Shown: positions 1 through 10,290 of the stretch, in pieces
Layout of the letters: every line of letters begins with the position of its first letter
Position numbering within the stretch: position 1 is the stretch's first letter
Assembly: GCA_030641355.1 (NCBI GenBank)
Contig: DAOWHQ010000200.1
Coordinates: forward strand, 1 to 36,618
Length of the DNA stretch: 36,618 nucleotides
DNA from: Alphaproteobacteria bacterium
GTDB lineage: Bacteria > Pseudomonadota > Alphaproteobacteria > Sphingomonadales > Emcibacteraceae
Reading direction: 5' to 3'
Notes under the pieces: generated by a model
Databases searched by the model: none
What the model was told of the DNA's origin: nothing
Seen by the model: only the letters and a program-made list of their open reading frames with translations
Program-made: the position numbers and the translations under genes

Positions 1-734
1 CCGATATTGTTGCTATTGCGCGGGCAAGGGGGCTGGAATGTGCCGTATCTCGCGCTTGTGAGCAGGAAGTTATTGGCATTAACTCCCGTAGTGAACTGGC
101 CGAAGCAGAAGCAGTTTTTCAAGCTGCGAAACGTCAGAAATTTATGGATGACGGCGTAACTCTCCTTGATCCTTCATCGGTATATTTCAGCTATGATACT
201 GTGATCGGTACGGATGTGGTTGTTGAGCCTAATGTAATTTTTGGCCCCGGTGTCACGGTCGAAGAAGATGTAACGATTAAAGGTTTCTGTCACTTTGAAG
301 GCGCGGTCATTCGTAAAGGAGCCACAGTGGGGCCATATGCGCGGCTGCGGCCAAAAGCGGATGTAGGCGAAGGGGCCAAGGTCGGCAATTTCGTAGAAGT
401 GAAAAAATCCATTATCGAAGAAGGGGCAAAAGTAAGCCACTTAAGCTATATCGGCGATGCCATAATCGGGGCTAAGGCTAATATTGGAGCAGGAACAATT
501 ACGTGCAATTATGATGGTTTCAATAAGTCTTTGACTGAGGTTGGCAAGGGGGCTTTCATTGGCTCTAATACGGCACTGGTAGCGCCGGTAAAAATAGGTG
601 ACGGAGCCATAGTTGGGGCTGGAAGTGTCGTTACCCATAATGTTGATGCTGATGCTCTGGCTGTGACGAGGGCCAAACAAAGAGAATTGGCTGGCTGGGC
701 TGCGGCATTTCGAAATAAACAAGAAAAGAAGTAG
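1..734 (+). CDS. glmU: Bifunctional UDP-GlcNAc pyrophosphorylase/glucosamine-1-P acetyltransferase, 5' truncated by the window edge
   Basis: Frame is open from base 3 (DIVAIAR...[12 protein letters not shown]); hexapeptide repeats, [29 protein letters not shown]; directly upstream of glmS. Confidence 0.97.
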   Translation, partial: DIVAIARARGLECAVSRACEQEVIGINSRSELAEAEAVFQAAKRQKFMDDGVTLLDPSSVYFSYDTVIGTDVVVEPNVIFGPGVTVEEDVTIKGFCHFEGAVIRKGATVGPYARLRPKADVGEGAKVGNFVEVKKSIIEEGAKVSHLSYIGDAIIGAKANIGAGTITCNYDGFNKSLTEVGKGAFIGSNTALVAPVKIGDGAIVGAGSVVTHNVDADALAVTRAKQRELAGWAAAFRNKQEKK

Positions 735-742
735 GGGGAAGT

Positions 743-2569
743 ATGTGTGGCATCATTGGCATCATCGGTAAGGATCTGGTCACTTCACGAATAATGGAGG
801 GGCTTAAGCGGCTGGAATACCGGGGTTATGATTCTGCGGGCATCGCAACGCTTGTTGATGATAAAAAACTTGATCGCCGTCGCGCTGAAGGCAAGCTGAA
901 TAATCTGGAAATGATATTACAGCAGGATGCACTATCCGGTGATATTGGTATCGGCCATACCCGTTGGGCAACACATGGTGCGCCGACGGTCGCCAATGCC
1001 CACCCTCATCAAACCGAGAAAGTAGCGGTTGTTCATAACGGTATCATTGAAAATTTCCGTGAATTGCGCGAAGAACTGACTGCTAAGGGACATATTCTGG
1101 AAACAGAAACTGATACCGAGGTCATTGTCCATTTGATAACAGATTTTCTGGATCAGGGACTTTGTGCCAGAGAAGCCGCTGCAGCCGCCTTGAAACATCT
1201 TGATGGTGCTTTTGCGCTGGCGATAATTTTTGAGGGTGAAAACGACCTTCTGATAGGCGCTCGCAAGGGTAGCCCGCTTGTTATGGGTTATGGTGAGGGG
1301 GAAATGTATCTGGGTTCTGATGCCATTGCTCTGGCTCACCTCAGCGACAAAATAACTTACCTTGAAGAGGGGGATCGGGTTGAATTGACGCGGGAATCGG
1401 CGGTGGTATTTGATGAAGATGGTAATGAAGTCCTCCGTGATATTCATATTGTCTCCGCTGAAGGTGGTATGATTGACAAGGGCAATTATCGTCATTTCAT
1501 GATGAAGGAAATTCAGGAACAACCCACCGTGGTTGGGCAAACTCTGGGGACCATGATCGACCCTATTCACGGCCATGTTAATTTGCCGGAATTGCCCTTT
1601 GATTTGGCAAAGATTGAGCGGGTTACGATCATCGCCTGTGGAACGTCATATTATGCTGGACTTGTGGCAAAATACTGGTTGGAGCAGAAGGCGCGGATCA
1701 ATGTGGAAGTGGATGTAGCCTCAGAATTCCGTTATCGGGAATCGGTGATGCCCAAAGATGGTCTGGCTATTTTTATTTCCCAGTCCGGGGAAACTGCGGA
1801 TACGCTTGCGGCACTTCGTTATGCCAAGTCTCAGGGGCAGCATATTATGAGTATTCTGAATGTGGCGCAAAGCTCTATGGAGCGGGAATCTGACATCGTT
1901 TTGCATACTCACGCAGGGCCGGAAGTTGGGGTTGCCTCAACCAAGGCTTTCACATGTCAGCTTGCGGTGTTGGCGTGCCTCGCCGTAGCGGTTGCCAAGG
2001 CGCGGGGCGAGATAGATGCGACCGAAGAAGCCCGTTTATGCATTGCCCTGACGGAGGCTCCGGCCCGCATGGCTGATGTGTTGAACCATGAAGAGGCGAT
2101 AAAGGAAATTTCCTATGAAGTGGCCAAGGCGCGGGATGTTATCTATCTGGCGCGGGGCCTGGAATTCCCTATCGCCATGGAGGGTGCGCTTAAATTAAAG
2201 GAAATTTCTTATATTCATGCCGAAGGCTATGCTGCCGGTGAAATGAAACATGGCCCTATTGCCCTGATTGATGAACATGTGCCGATTATTGTTATTGCGC
2301 CAAGCGGACGGTTATATGAGAAAACCGCATCCAATATGCAGGAAGTTATCGCTCGTAAGGGTAAGGTGATTTTTATCACTGATATAAAGGGGGCAAAAAG
2401 CGACGGGCAGGATGCCATGGCAACAATTGCCCTGCCCATGTTGGATGAATTTGTTACCCCTCTGCTTTATGCCATACCGGTTCAGCTGCTGGCCTATCAT
2501 GTAGCCGTGGAGAAGGGAACGGATGTGGATCAGCCGAGAAATCTAGCGAAATCTGTTACGGTTGAATGA
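743..2569 (+). CDS. glmS: Glutamine-fructose-6-phosphate aminotransferase
   Basis: MCGIIG N-terminus, LEYRGYDSAG, GHTRWATHG, SQSGET, C-terminal DQPRNLAKSVTVE. Confidence 0.99.
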   Translation: MCGIIGIIGKDLVTSRIMEGLKRLEYRGYDSAGIATLVDDKKLDRRRAEGKLNNLEMILQQDALSGDIGIGHTRWATHGAPTVANAHPHQTEKVAVVHNGIIENFRELREELTAKGHILETETDTEVIVHLITDFLDQGLCAREAAAAALKHLDGAFALAIIFEGENDLLIGARKGSPLVMGYGEGEMYLGSDAIALAHLSDKITYLEEGDRVELTRESAVVFDEDGNEVLRDIHIVSAEGGMIDKGNYRHFMMKEIQEQPTVVGQTLGTMIDPIHGHVNLPELPFDLAKIERVTIIACGTSYYAGLVAKYWLEQKARINVEVDVASEFRYRESVMPKDGLAIFISQSGETADTLAALRYAKSQGQHIMSILNVAQSSMERESDIVLHTHAGPEVGVASTKAFTCQLAVLACLAVAVAKARGEIDATEEARLCIALTEAPARMADVLNHEEAIKEISYEVAKARDVIYLARGLEFPIAMEGALKLKEISYIHAEGYAAGEMKHGPIALIDEHVPIIVIAPSGRLYEKTASNMQEVIARKGKVIFITDIKGAKSDGQDAMATIALPMLDEFVTPLLYAIPVQLLAYHVAVEKGTDVDQPRNLAKSVTVE

Positions 2570-2570
2570 C

Positions 2571-2608
2571 TTGGCCTGACCCTAGGGTCGGGTTGATTTT
2601 TTCTTTTT
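2571..2608 (+). terminator. Probable intrinsic terminator of glmU-glmS
   Basis: Stem TTGGCCTGACC / GGTCGGGTTGA (with G-U pairs), loop CTAG, followed by TTTTTTCTTTTT, immediately after the glmS stop. Confidence 0.65.
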
Positions 2609-3022
2609 AAAAGCAATGAGTTGCTTGGCGGTGGTTTTATCAAGTTTTTTGATTGCCCGAATAGTATGGCGTTCACCATCAATGAACAAGGCATTGCCAC
2701 CATAAGGGCAGATGCGGTCATCAAATCGGGAATAAAAACCTATTCTATAGGCAAATTTCAAATCAATGGAGCGCATATTTAGCTTCACATAATAGGGTCT
2801 GTTCTTGGTTGGCGCATAGATGATCAGGCTTTGATCGTCCAGCAAAACCCAGTCGTTGATGCTATGGGAATAAATACAATCTTTTCCCTTGTTGAAATCT
2901 GTACTAAGTTTTTGAAATTCTTTTTCATTGAGGGGTTTGAACTTATTTTCTTCTGCTACCGCAGTTATTCCTGCCGCCAGTAAAATCAAGCCTGTCAGAT
3001 AGATTATCACGCGAATTTTCAT
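2582..3022 (-). CDS. Exported protein of unknown function, DUF6491-like
   Basis: ATG at 3022 preceded by GAGGTT RBS; signal peptide MKIRVIIYLTGLILLAAGITAVA; DCI..SI..W..LDDQSLII..Y.V pattern and second Cys (DRIC) resemble DUF6491; family call from memory. Confidence 0.6.
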   Translation of the reverse strand: MKIRVIIYLTGLILLAAGITAVAEENKFKPLNEKEFQKLSTDFNKGKDCIYSHSINDWVLLDDQSLIIYAPTKNRPYYVKLNMRSIDLKFAYRIGFYSRFDDRICPYGGNALFIDGERHTIRAIKKLDKTTAKQLIAFKKKKSTRP

Positions 3023-3109
3023 TACAACCTCATCAATTATCAGCAATGGTGTGATTATAATAGATGTTATCTGAACCAATTATGAATGGATGCCAGGGCG
3101 CAGATTGTA

Positions 3110-3832
3110 CTAGGTCGTAAACCAGCCTTCTTCCCTGAGAACCTCAAGAGGGCGGAAATTCGTTTTATAGGCCATTTTAGGGCTGTCTTTCACCCAATAA
3201 CCTAAATATACGTGGGCTTTTTCAGCCAGTTGTGCCCGTGCAACATGATCCAGAATTATATATGTTCCGAGGCTTCTTTTTCTGAATTCATCACTGACAT
3301 CAAAAAAGCTGTAAACCATGGACAGGCTATCGGCCATAATATCAGTAAGTGTTACCGCTACAAGCTTTCCGCTTGTATGTATCCGGTATTCATAAAGACA
3401 GGTATTTACCGGGCTGGATTCTACCATGCTGACATATTCGTCAAATGTCATATTTGTCATGCCGCCATTGCTATGGCGTTTTCCCAGATATTTATGCAAC
3501 AGGTCATAATGTTCTGTTGTGGCAATATTGGGCAGTTCTTTTATGCTCAGGTCGGAATTTAGATTGATTAGACGCCGTTGTGTACGGTTTGGCTTAAAAA
3601 TAGCGACCGGAATACGTACTGATTTACATTCTGTGCAATTTTCACAACTGGGGCGGTAAGCAATATCCTGGCTGCGGCGAAATCCAATTTTCGCCATCGA
3701 TTCGTGCAATCCAGAAGGATTTGTATCATTAAGCTCAGTGAAAACCTTCCTCTCCATCTTGCCCTCTAAATAAGGGCATATGGTTGATGCGGTTACATAA
3801 AATCGGGGGAATTGCGAGGACTGGTTGGTCAA
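3110..3832 (-). CDS. bpt: Arginyltransferase-family aminoacyl transferase (Asp/Glu leucyltransferase Bpt)
   Basis: CPYL..ERKVFT, GFRRSQ..AYRP.C..C..C, LSMVYSFFD, SLGTY.IL, YLGYWV..SPKMAYK motifs; TTG start. Confidence 0.9.
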   Translation of the reverse strand: MTNQSSQFPRFYVTASTICPYLEGKMERKVFTELNDTNPSGLHESMAKIGFRRSQDIAYRPSCENCTECKSVRIPVAIFKPNRTQRRLINLNSDLSIKELPNIATTEHYDLLHKYLGKRHSNGGMTNMTFDEYVSMVESSPVNTCLYEYRIHTSGKLVAVTLTDIMADSLSMVYSFFDVSDEFRKRSLGTYIILDHVARAQLAEKAHVYLGYWVKDSPKMAYKTNFRPLEVLREEGWFTT

Positions 3833-3918
3833 TTTCTTCTACCTTCTGCAGAATTATAAATATTTAGCATTCATGATATTAATCAAAGGTAAATAAATCC
3901 TGAAACTATGTCGTCTTA

Positions 3919-5775
3919 TTATAGTCCATAATACCAAGGGGCAAAAAGGGAATAACCCAACCATAGAATAAGGATCAAAGGCACGCCAACTTTCATAAAA
4001 TCCTTGAATTTATAATTACCCGGGCTCATGACCAGAAGATTTGTTTGATAGCCCATAGGGGTGGCGAAGGAACAATTGGCAGCAAAAATTACGGCTGTCA
4101 CAAAGATCATCGGGTCCACGCCTAGCTTGGTAGCAATGTTTATAGCAATGGGGGTGAAGAGTACTGCGGTTGCATTATTACTGAGCATATTGGTCAGTAT
4201 GGCGACCAACAGGAAGAAAGCCGACAGGGTTACGGCAACGCTCATTCCTTCCAGTAAATGAATAAGGGTTTCTGCGAGATATAACGCGCCGCCCGTGGCT
4301 TGCAGGGAAGCTCCCATAGCAAGGGCGGCCCCGATTAGCAGGAATATCCGCCGGTCGACGGCGCGGCTAGCCTGACGTATGTTAAGACAACCGAGGGCTA
4401 TCATTAAAAAGGCGCCACAAGTTGCTGTAATGGGAATAGGGACCAAACCCGTGGCGGCGAGGGCAACCACGCCAGTGAAAATTCCAAGTGCTTTCCAACT
4501 GTCAGACAGTACCTGTACTTCACGGGTTGACCATTCCATTAACAGCACATCTTTATTCATTTTAAGGGCGTTGATTTGAGATGAGGTTCCTACCACAAGT
4601 AAAATATCACCGGCCTCCAGACGGATATCATTCATGGAGATGCGTATCATGCGCGACCGGCGTTGAATCCCAAGCACCGTACATCCCCCCTGCAAATGGT
4701 AACCGACCTGTTCAAGCGTACGCCCATCTAGGCGAGATGCTGGTGCAACCATCACTTCGGCGATTTTCTGTCCGCGGGATACGTCCTGTGTGGCTTCATT
4801 CTCCATATTATCCAGATTGGGGGCGGTCAGTATGCCCTTCAGCAGGGTGGGGTCACGGGAAAGCTTTTCTGAGAGTATGGCACGGGTTGTGGCCAGAATA
4901 ATGCAATCCCCCTCCTGAAAAGTTATATCATCAAAAGGAGGCAGAAACATTTTGCCGCCTCTTTGAACCAGCCGGACAGTCATGCGGGACAGGTCCGGGA
5001 ACATCCCCGCTACAGAATGTTTTCCGATTAAAGAATTTCCCTCTACCAGATCAAGTTGAACGATGAATTGTTTGCCTGTTATTATCAGCGGGCCTTCATC
5101 TTTGGGCGACAGTTTTTTTGGTAATATATGGGGGGCGATGATGATGACATAGATCAGCCCAAGAGTAGCCAGAAACAGGCCCGGTATTGTGAAATCAAAA
5201 AACTCAATATCCAGACCCGTTTGGCCTTTATAGGCTCCGGCCACAAGCAGATTGGTGCTAGAGCCGATTAATGTGGTCATACCGCCTAGGATAGCAACAA
5301 AACTCAGCGGCATAAGAATTAGCCCGGCTGATTTGCCCATTTTATCCATCAAGGTGATCATGATGGGGATGAATATAACCACCACAGGCGTATTATTAAG
5401 CAAGGCGCTGATCACCATAACAGCTATCAGACAAGCCAGAATAACCCTGCGAGGGTAGGCTATGCCATGTTTTACGACTATCTGCGCCGGGGTTTCAAGG
5501 GCCCCTGTCTGTACCATTCCCTGTCCAATAACCAACAGGGCAAGAATGGTGATCAGGGCAGGGTCAGCAAAGCCGGCAAGCAAGATTTTTAAATCAAGAA
5601 TATTGGTGCCTGCCGCATCAAGAACCGGCATAAAGTGAAAGAGAATAAGCAGAACGGATATGGTGCCGAGGGATGTTATTTCCATGGAAATACGATCCAG
5701 AGCATAGAATATAATGGCCGCTATAATAACGCCAAAGGTTGCCCACATCTGAATTGAAGGTTGCATCAGTTCCAT
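3919..5775 (-). CDS. SLC13/DASS-family permease with two central TrkA-C (RCK-C) domains
   Basis: SALLNNTPVV, GGMTTLIGSSTNLLV, SNNATAVL, ANCSFATPMGYQTNLLV; hydrophilic middle with two TrkA-C-like repeats; start placed at MELMQ. Confidence 0.88.
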   Translation of the reverse strand: MELMQPSIQMWATFGVIIAAIIFYALDRISMEITSLGTISVLLILFHFMPVLDAAGTNILDLKILLAGFADPALITILALLVIGQGMVQTGALETPAQIVVKHGIAYPRRVILACLIAVMVISALLNNTPVVVIFIPIMITLMDKMGKSAGLILMPLSFVAILGGMTTLIGSSTNLLVAGAYKGQTGLDIEFFDFTIPGLFLATLGLIYVIIIAPHILPKKLSPKDEGPLIITGKQFIVQLDLVEGNSLIGKHSVAGMFPDLSRMTVRLVQRGGKMFLPPFDDITFQEGDCIILATTRAILSEKLSRDPTLLKGILTAPNLDNMENEATQDVSRGQKIAEVMVAPASRLDGRTLEQVGYHLQGGCTVLGIQRRSRMIRISMNDIRLEAGDILLVVGTSSQINALKMNKDVLLMEWSTREVQVLSDSWKALGIFTGVVALAATGLVPIPITATCGAFLMIALGCLNIRQASRAVDRRIFLLIGAALAMGASLQATGGALYLAETLIHLLEGMSVAVTLSAFFLLVAILTNMLSNNATAVLFTPIAINIATKLGVDPMIFVTAVIFAANCSFATPMGYQTNLLVMSPGNYKFKDFMKVGVPLILILWLGYSLFAPWYYGL

Positions 5776-5843
5776 AGATAATATTTCCAAGCCAAACCAA
5801 TATATAAAATACATTTAATCTATGTATTTCTTTTGTTAATAAC

Positions 5844-5872
5844 ATCATAGCAAGGTACAATGACTATGTCGC
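5844..5872 (-). promoter_or_regulatory. Putative sigma70-type promoter of the permease
   Basis: Minus strand GCGACA-N17-TATGAT in the motB-permease gap. Confidence 0.35.
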
Positions 5873-5901
5873 TGAAAAAACTTCTAAATTTATGGCTACA
5901 C

Positions 5902-6774
5902 TTAAAAGTTCGGGGGCAGGGTTGGAGACTCCCGTAGCAATAATATGGTAATCCGTCTGTTTTCTGCACGCAAGGGGCTATCGGGAAAATAGGGTTCAGT
6001 AGAAGCCATGCCTAGTACTTCGGCAACTCTGTTGGACGAGACACCGGAATTATTCAGTACACGGCGGCTGGCATTGGCCCGGTCTGCACTAAGTTCCCAG
6101 TTGGAATAGTTGGCACGGGACGAAAAAGGCGTAGCGTCAGTATGCCCTGAAATAGATAATCTATTAGGCATTTTCACCACGATGCTGGCAATTTTGGTGA
6201 GCATCTTTTCCGCATATTTGTATAGGGTAGAACTTCCGGGACGGAACATGGCGCGATTGTCTTTATCAACCAACTGAATACGCATGCCGTCTTCTGTGAT
6301 ATCAATCAGTACCTGATTTTTTAATTCTGCAAGTTCGGGGCTTTTCTGAATGACAGCTTTGAGATCTTCGCCCATTTTCTCAAAATATTCCTGCTCTTTT
6401 TTGGCAACACGTTCTGCATATTCTTCCTCACTTGATTTTTCCGTGTCTTCATCCTCTGTGTCTGCTTCCGTGGTTGTGGATGGGATCGAGACAGTAACGG
6501 AACTTGATTGTGCGCCATCGGATTCCAAAGAAGTGCCGCCCAGAATGTCTCCTGCACCAGATTCAGTACTTGTTGAAGCAACTGTCGGGGTGAAATAATC
6601 TGCTAAGCCTTCTTTTTGCTCTTTGGATGTGGAGTTGAGCAGCCACAGCATCAGGAAGAAGGCCATCATTGCCGTAACAAAGTCGGCATAGGCTACTTTC
6701 CAAGCACCGCCATGAGCGCCGCCGGAAACTTTTTTAACCCGTTTTATAATTATTGGGCGAGCTTCATCCGCCAT
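5902..6774 (-). CDS. motB: Flagellar stator protein MotB
   Basis: HGGAWKVAYADFVTAMMAFF TM segment with conserved Asp; OmpA-like GHTD...NWELSADRA...NRRI domain. Confidence 0.96.
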   Translation of the reverse strand: MADEARPIIIKRVKKVSGGAHGGAWKVAYADFVTAMMAFFLMLWLLNSTSKEQKEGLADYFTPTVASTSTESGAGDILGGTSLESDGAQSSSVTVSIPSTTTEADTEDEDTEKSSEEEYAERVAKKEQEYFEKMGEDLKAVIQKSPELAELKNQVLIDITEDGMRIQLVDKDNRAMFRPGSSTLYKYAEKMLTKIASIVVKMPNRLSISGHTDATPFSSRANYSNWELSADRANASRRVLNNSGVSSNRVAEVLGMASTEPYFPDSPLRAENRRITILLLRESPTLPPNF

Positions 6775-6828
6775 TTTACACCACCATTTTGAAGTTCATT
6801 AAGCCTTAGAAAGACATAATGGCGACCT

Positions 6829-6836
6829 ATGGTTAA
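6829..6836 (-). promoter_or_regulatory. Candidate CtrA half-site upstream of motB
   Basis: Exact TTAACCAT on the minus strand about 55 bp upstream of the motB ATG. Confidence 0.45.
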
Positions 6837-6846
6837 TATATAGTAA

Positions 6847-8079
6847 CTATAAGTCAGATGATCGGTTTACATGAACGGTGAAACCTGCACTGCGTAACCC
6901 AGCCAGAATATCATCCAGATTCTCCCTGTCGCGGGTTTCCAGTGTGACATTGGAATAGGTTTCCTTGGCAGGCAGTTCCGTAAATAAACGGTGATGGGAT
7001 ACATCAATGATATTGCCACCCAGATCGCCAATGATTTTTGTGATTGTGGCCAGTGCGCCCGGAACATCCAGCAACACGATACGAAGGCGGGTAATCCGTC
7101 CTTCACGAACCAGCCCACGCATAAGCAGAGACGCTAGCAGGCGCGGGTCGATGTTGCCGCCACTGATGATCATGGCAACTTTTTTATCCTTGAAAATTTC
7201 AGGATAGCTGTTGACAGCGGCAAGGGGGGCTGCTCCGGCCCCTTCGGGCACTGTTTTTTCAATGGTCATCAGCATACAGACGGCTTCCTCAAGCGCATCT
7301 TCACTGACAAGCAGGATATCATCCACAACGCTTTTACAAATTTCATAGGTTTTATCACCTATGTTTTTGACAGCGATCCCTTCGGCTAATGTGGAGCCTT
7401 GGGAAATATATTCATTGTTGTGAACGGCCCGATGAAGGGACGGGAATCGTTCGGCCTGCACTCCGATGATTTTGATATCGGGATTGATATGTTTCGCCGC
7501 GATGGCGACGCCAGAGATCAGGCCACCACCGCCAACCGGAACCAGAATAATATCAAGGTCAGGGCAGGCTGCCATCACCTCAAGGCCAACTGTCCCTTGT
7601 CCGGCGATCACATCATAATCATCAAAAGGGTGAACAAGCGTTAATTTTTTTTCTTCGGCGAGCATTTGGGTATGCACAGCGGTTTCATCAAACCGGTCAC
7701 CAAAAAGAACAACATTTGCACCATGTCCTTCAGTCTGACATATTTTTACAAAGGGTGTATTGACCGGCATTACGATGGTAGTGGGAATACCAAGCCGACT
7801 GCCGTGATAAGCCACGCCCTGTGCGTGATTGCCCGCAGAGGCGGCGATAACGCCATTTTCTTTTTGTTTGTCGGTCAGGTTGATCAACTTGTTCAAGGCA
7901 CCACGTTCTTTAAAAGATGCTGTGAACTGAAGGTTTTCAAATTTAAGATAAATTTCGGCTCCGGTCAGCTTTGACAGGGTGATCGATTTATTCAATGGCG
8001 TTTCGGCAATTGAGCCTTTTAGCGCCAGTGCTGCTCTTTGAATATCATCAAAAATTACCGCATGGGTCTTTTTGTTCAT
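6847..8079 (-). CDS. ilvA: Threonine/serine ammonia-lyase, short form with single C-terminal ACT domain
   Basis: KFENLQFTASFKERGA PLP-lysine motif, ASAGNHAQG, PVGGGGL, SGGNID; ACT-like D.PG.LA....IGDLGGNI. Confidence 0.9.
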   Translation of the reverse strand: MNKKTHAVIFDDIQRAALALKGSIAETPLNKSITLSKLTGAEIYLKFENLQFTASFKERGALNKLINLTDKQKENGVIAASAGNHAQGVAYHGSRLGIPTTIVMPVNTPFVKICQTEGHGANVVLFGDRFDETAVHTQMLAEEKKLTLVHPFDDYDVIAGQGTVGLEVMAACPDLDIILVPVGGGGLISGVAIAAKHINPDIKIIGVQAERFPSLHRAVHNNEYISQGSTLAEGIAVKNIGDKTYEICKSVVDDILLVSEDALEEAVCMLMTIEKTVPEGAGAAPLAAVNSYPEIFKDKKVAMIISGGNIDPRLLASLLMRGLVREGRITRLRIVLLDVPGALATITKIIGDLGGNIIDVSHHRLFTELPAKETYSNVTLETRDRENLDDILAGLRSAGFTVHVNRSSDL

Positions 8080-8183
8080 CTTAAATCCGAATATAAATGT
8101 TGAATATAGACTTTATACAGCATCATATATGGTTTATGGTCCAAAAAGTCCAAGATAATAATTTTTATCCAAATTGCTTATAG

Positions 8184-8199
8184 ATAATAATTCATTAAC
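8184..8199 (+). promoter_or_regulatory. Candidate CtrA box upstream of motA
   Basis: ATAA-TAATTCA-TTAAC, one mismatch to TTAA-N7-TTAAC; the region is AT-rich so a chance match is possible. Confidence 0.35.
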
Positions 8200-8286
8200 A
8201 TCCTTTCCCTATAGTTATATCCAATAGAAAGAAAAACATTAAACCCACAGCAGATTTTTGTGGGATAAAAGAGGCTTGAAGTAAAT

Positions 8287-9150
8287 ATGCTTATTGTTAT
8301 TGGAATAGTCACAACCATGGGGCTGGCGTTTGGCGGCTTCATTCTCTCTGGTGGTTCTATGGGGCCTATTTTCCATGCGTTACCCTATGAAGGTATGATG
8401 ATCGGTGGCGCTGGCCTCGGCTCATTTCTGGTGAGCAATGGTATGGGCACAATTAAAAAGTCCGGCGCGGGTCTGGCAAAAGCTTTTAAAGGACCAAAAT
8501 GGAAACCACAGGACTATATGGACCTGTTATGCCTGATGTTTCTTCTGACAAAACTGATTAAAACCAAGGGCGTGATTGCTCTGGAAGCTCATATTGAAAA
8601 TCCTGAAGAAAGTAAAATTTTCGGTAATTTTGACACAATTAGCGCTGATCATCATGTTGTGGAATTCATCTGTGATTATCTGCGTATGACCACAATGAAC
8701 TTTGATGACCCACATCAGGTTGAAGATGTTCTGTTGAAGGATCTGGAAAAACATCACCATGAAGAAAGTGAAGGGGCACATGCTCTGGGTATTCTTGGGG
8801 AGGCATTTCCAGCCTTGGGTATTGTGGCTGCGGTGCTTGGGATCGTGAAAACCATGGGCAGTATTGATCAGCCTGTTGAGGTTCTTGGTGCTATGATCGG
8901 TGGCGCTCTTGTGGGAACCTTCCTTGGAATTTTGATTTCCTACACCATCGCAAGCCCTATAGCGGGACGGTTGCAGCAGATTGTTGACGAAGAAAGCCAT
9001 ATTTTCAATGTGATCAAGGATGTGATTGTATCTCACCTGCATGGTAATGCACCGCAAATTTCCATTGAAATTGGCCGGAAAAGTATCCCAAGTCATATGC
9101 AGCCCAATTTTTATGAATTGGATGATGTTGTGAATGAACTGTCGACTGAT

Positions 9151-9162
<12 letters not shown>
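8287..9162 (+). CDS. motA: Flagellar stator protein MotA
   Basis: Four TM segments, LEAHIENPEESKIF, FICDYLR, PALGIVAAVLG, GALVGTFLGI, G.APQISIEIGRK. Confidence 0.96.
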
Positions 9163-10176
<1,014 letters not shown>

Positions 10177-10290
10177 TTAAAACCTGATTTTAAATGATTT
10201 TAAGGTTAGTTAAGACCTTGTTAGGGGTTGTTATACTATAATTATGCTATTGGAATACAAAGAATTACCAAAATATAAGGATTATTCAGT

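Noticed and set aside
932-1576. 214-aa minus-strand ORF
   Set aside because: Antisense shadow of glmS with no recognisable motifs
3023-3079. N-terminal extension of the 2582..3079 ORF
   Set aside because: RBS and signal peptide favour ATG 3022
5776-5814. Longer start for the permease
   Set aside because: Upstream ATG lies inside the palindrome/leader; MELMQ start is more plausible
5872-5888. TTCTAAA resembling an Irr ICE half-site
   Set aside because: Only one half matches, in AT-rich DNA
8527-9096. 189-aa minus-strand ORF
   Set aside because: Antisense shadow of motA
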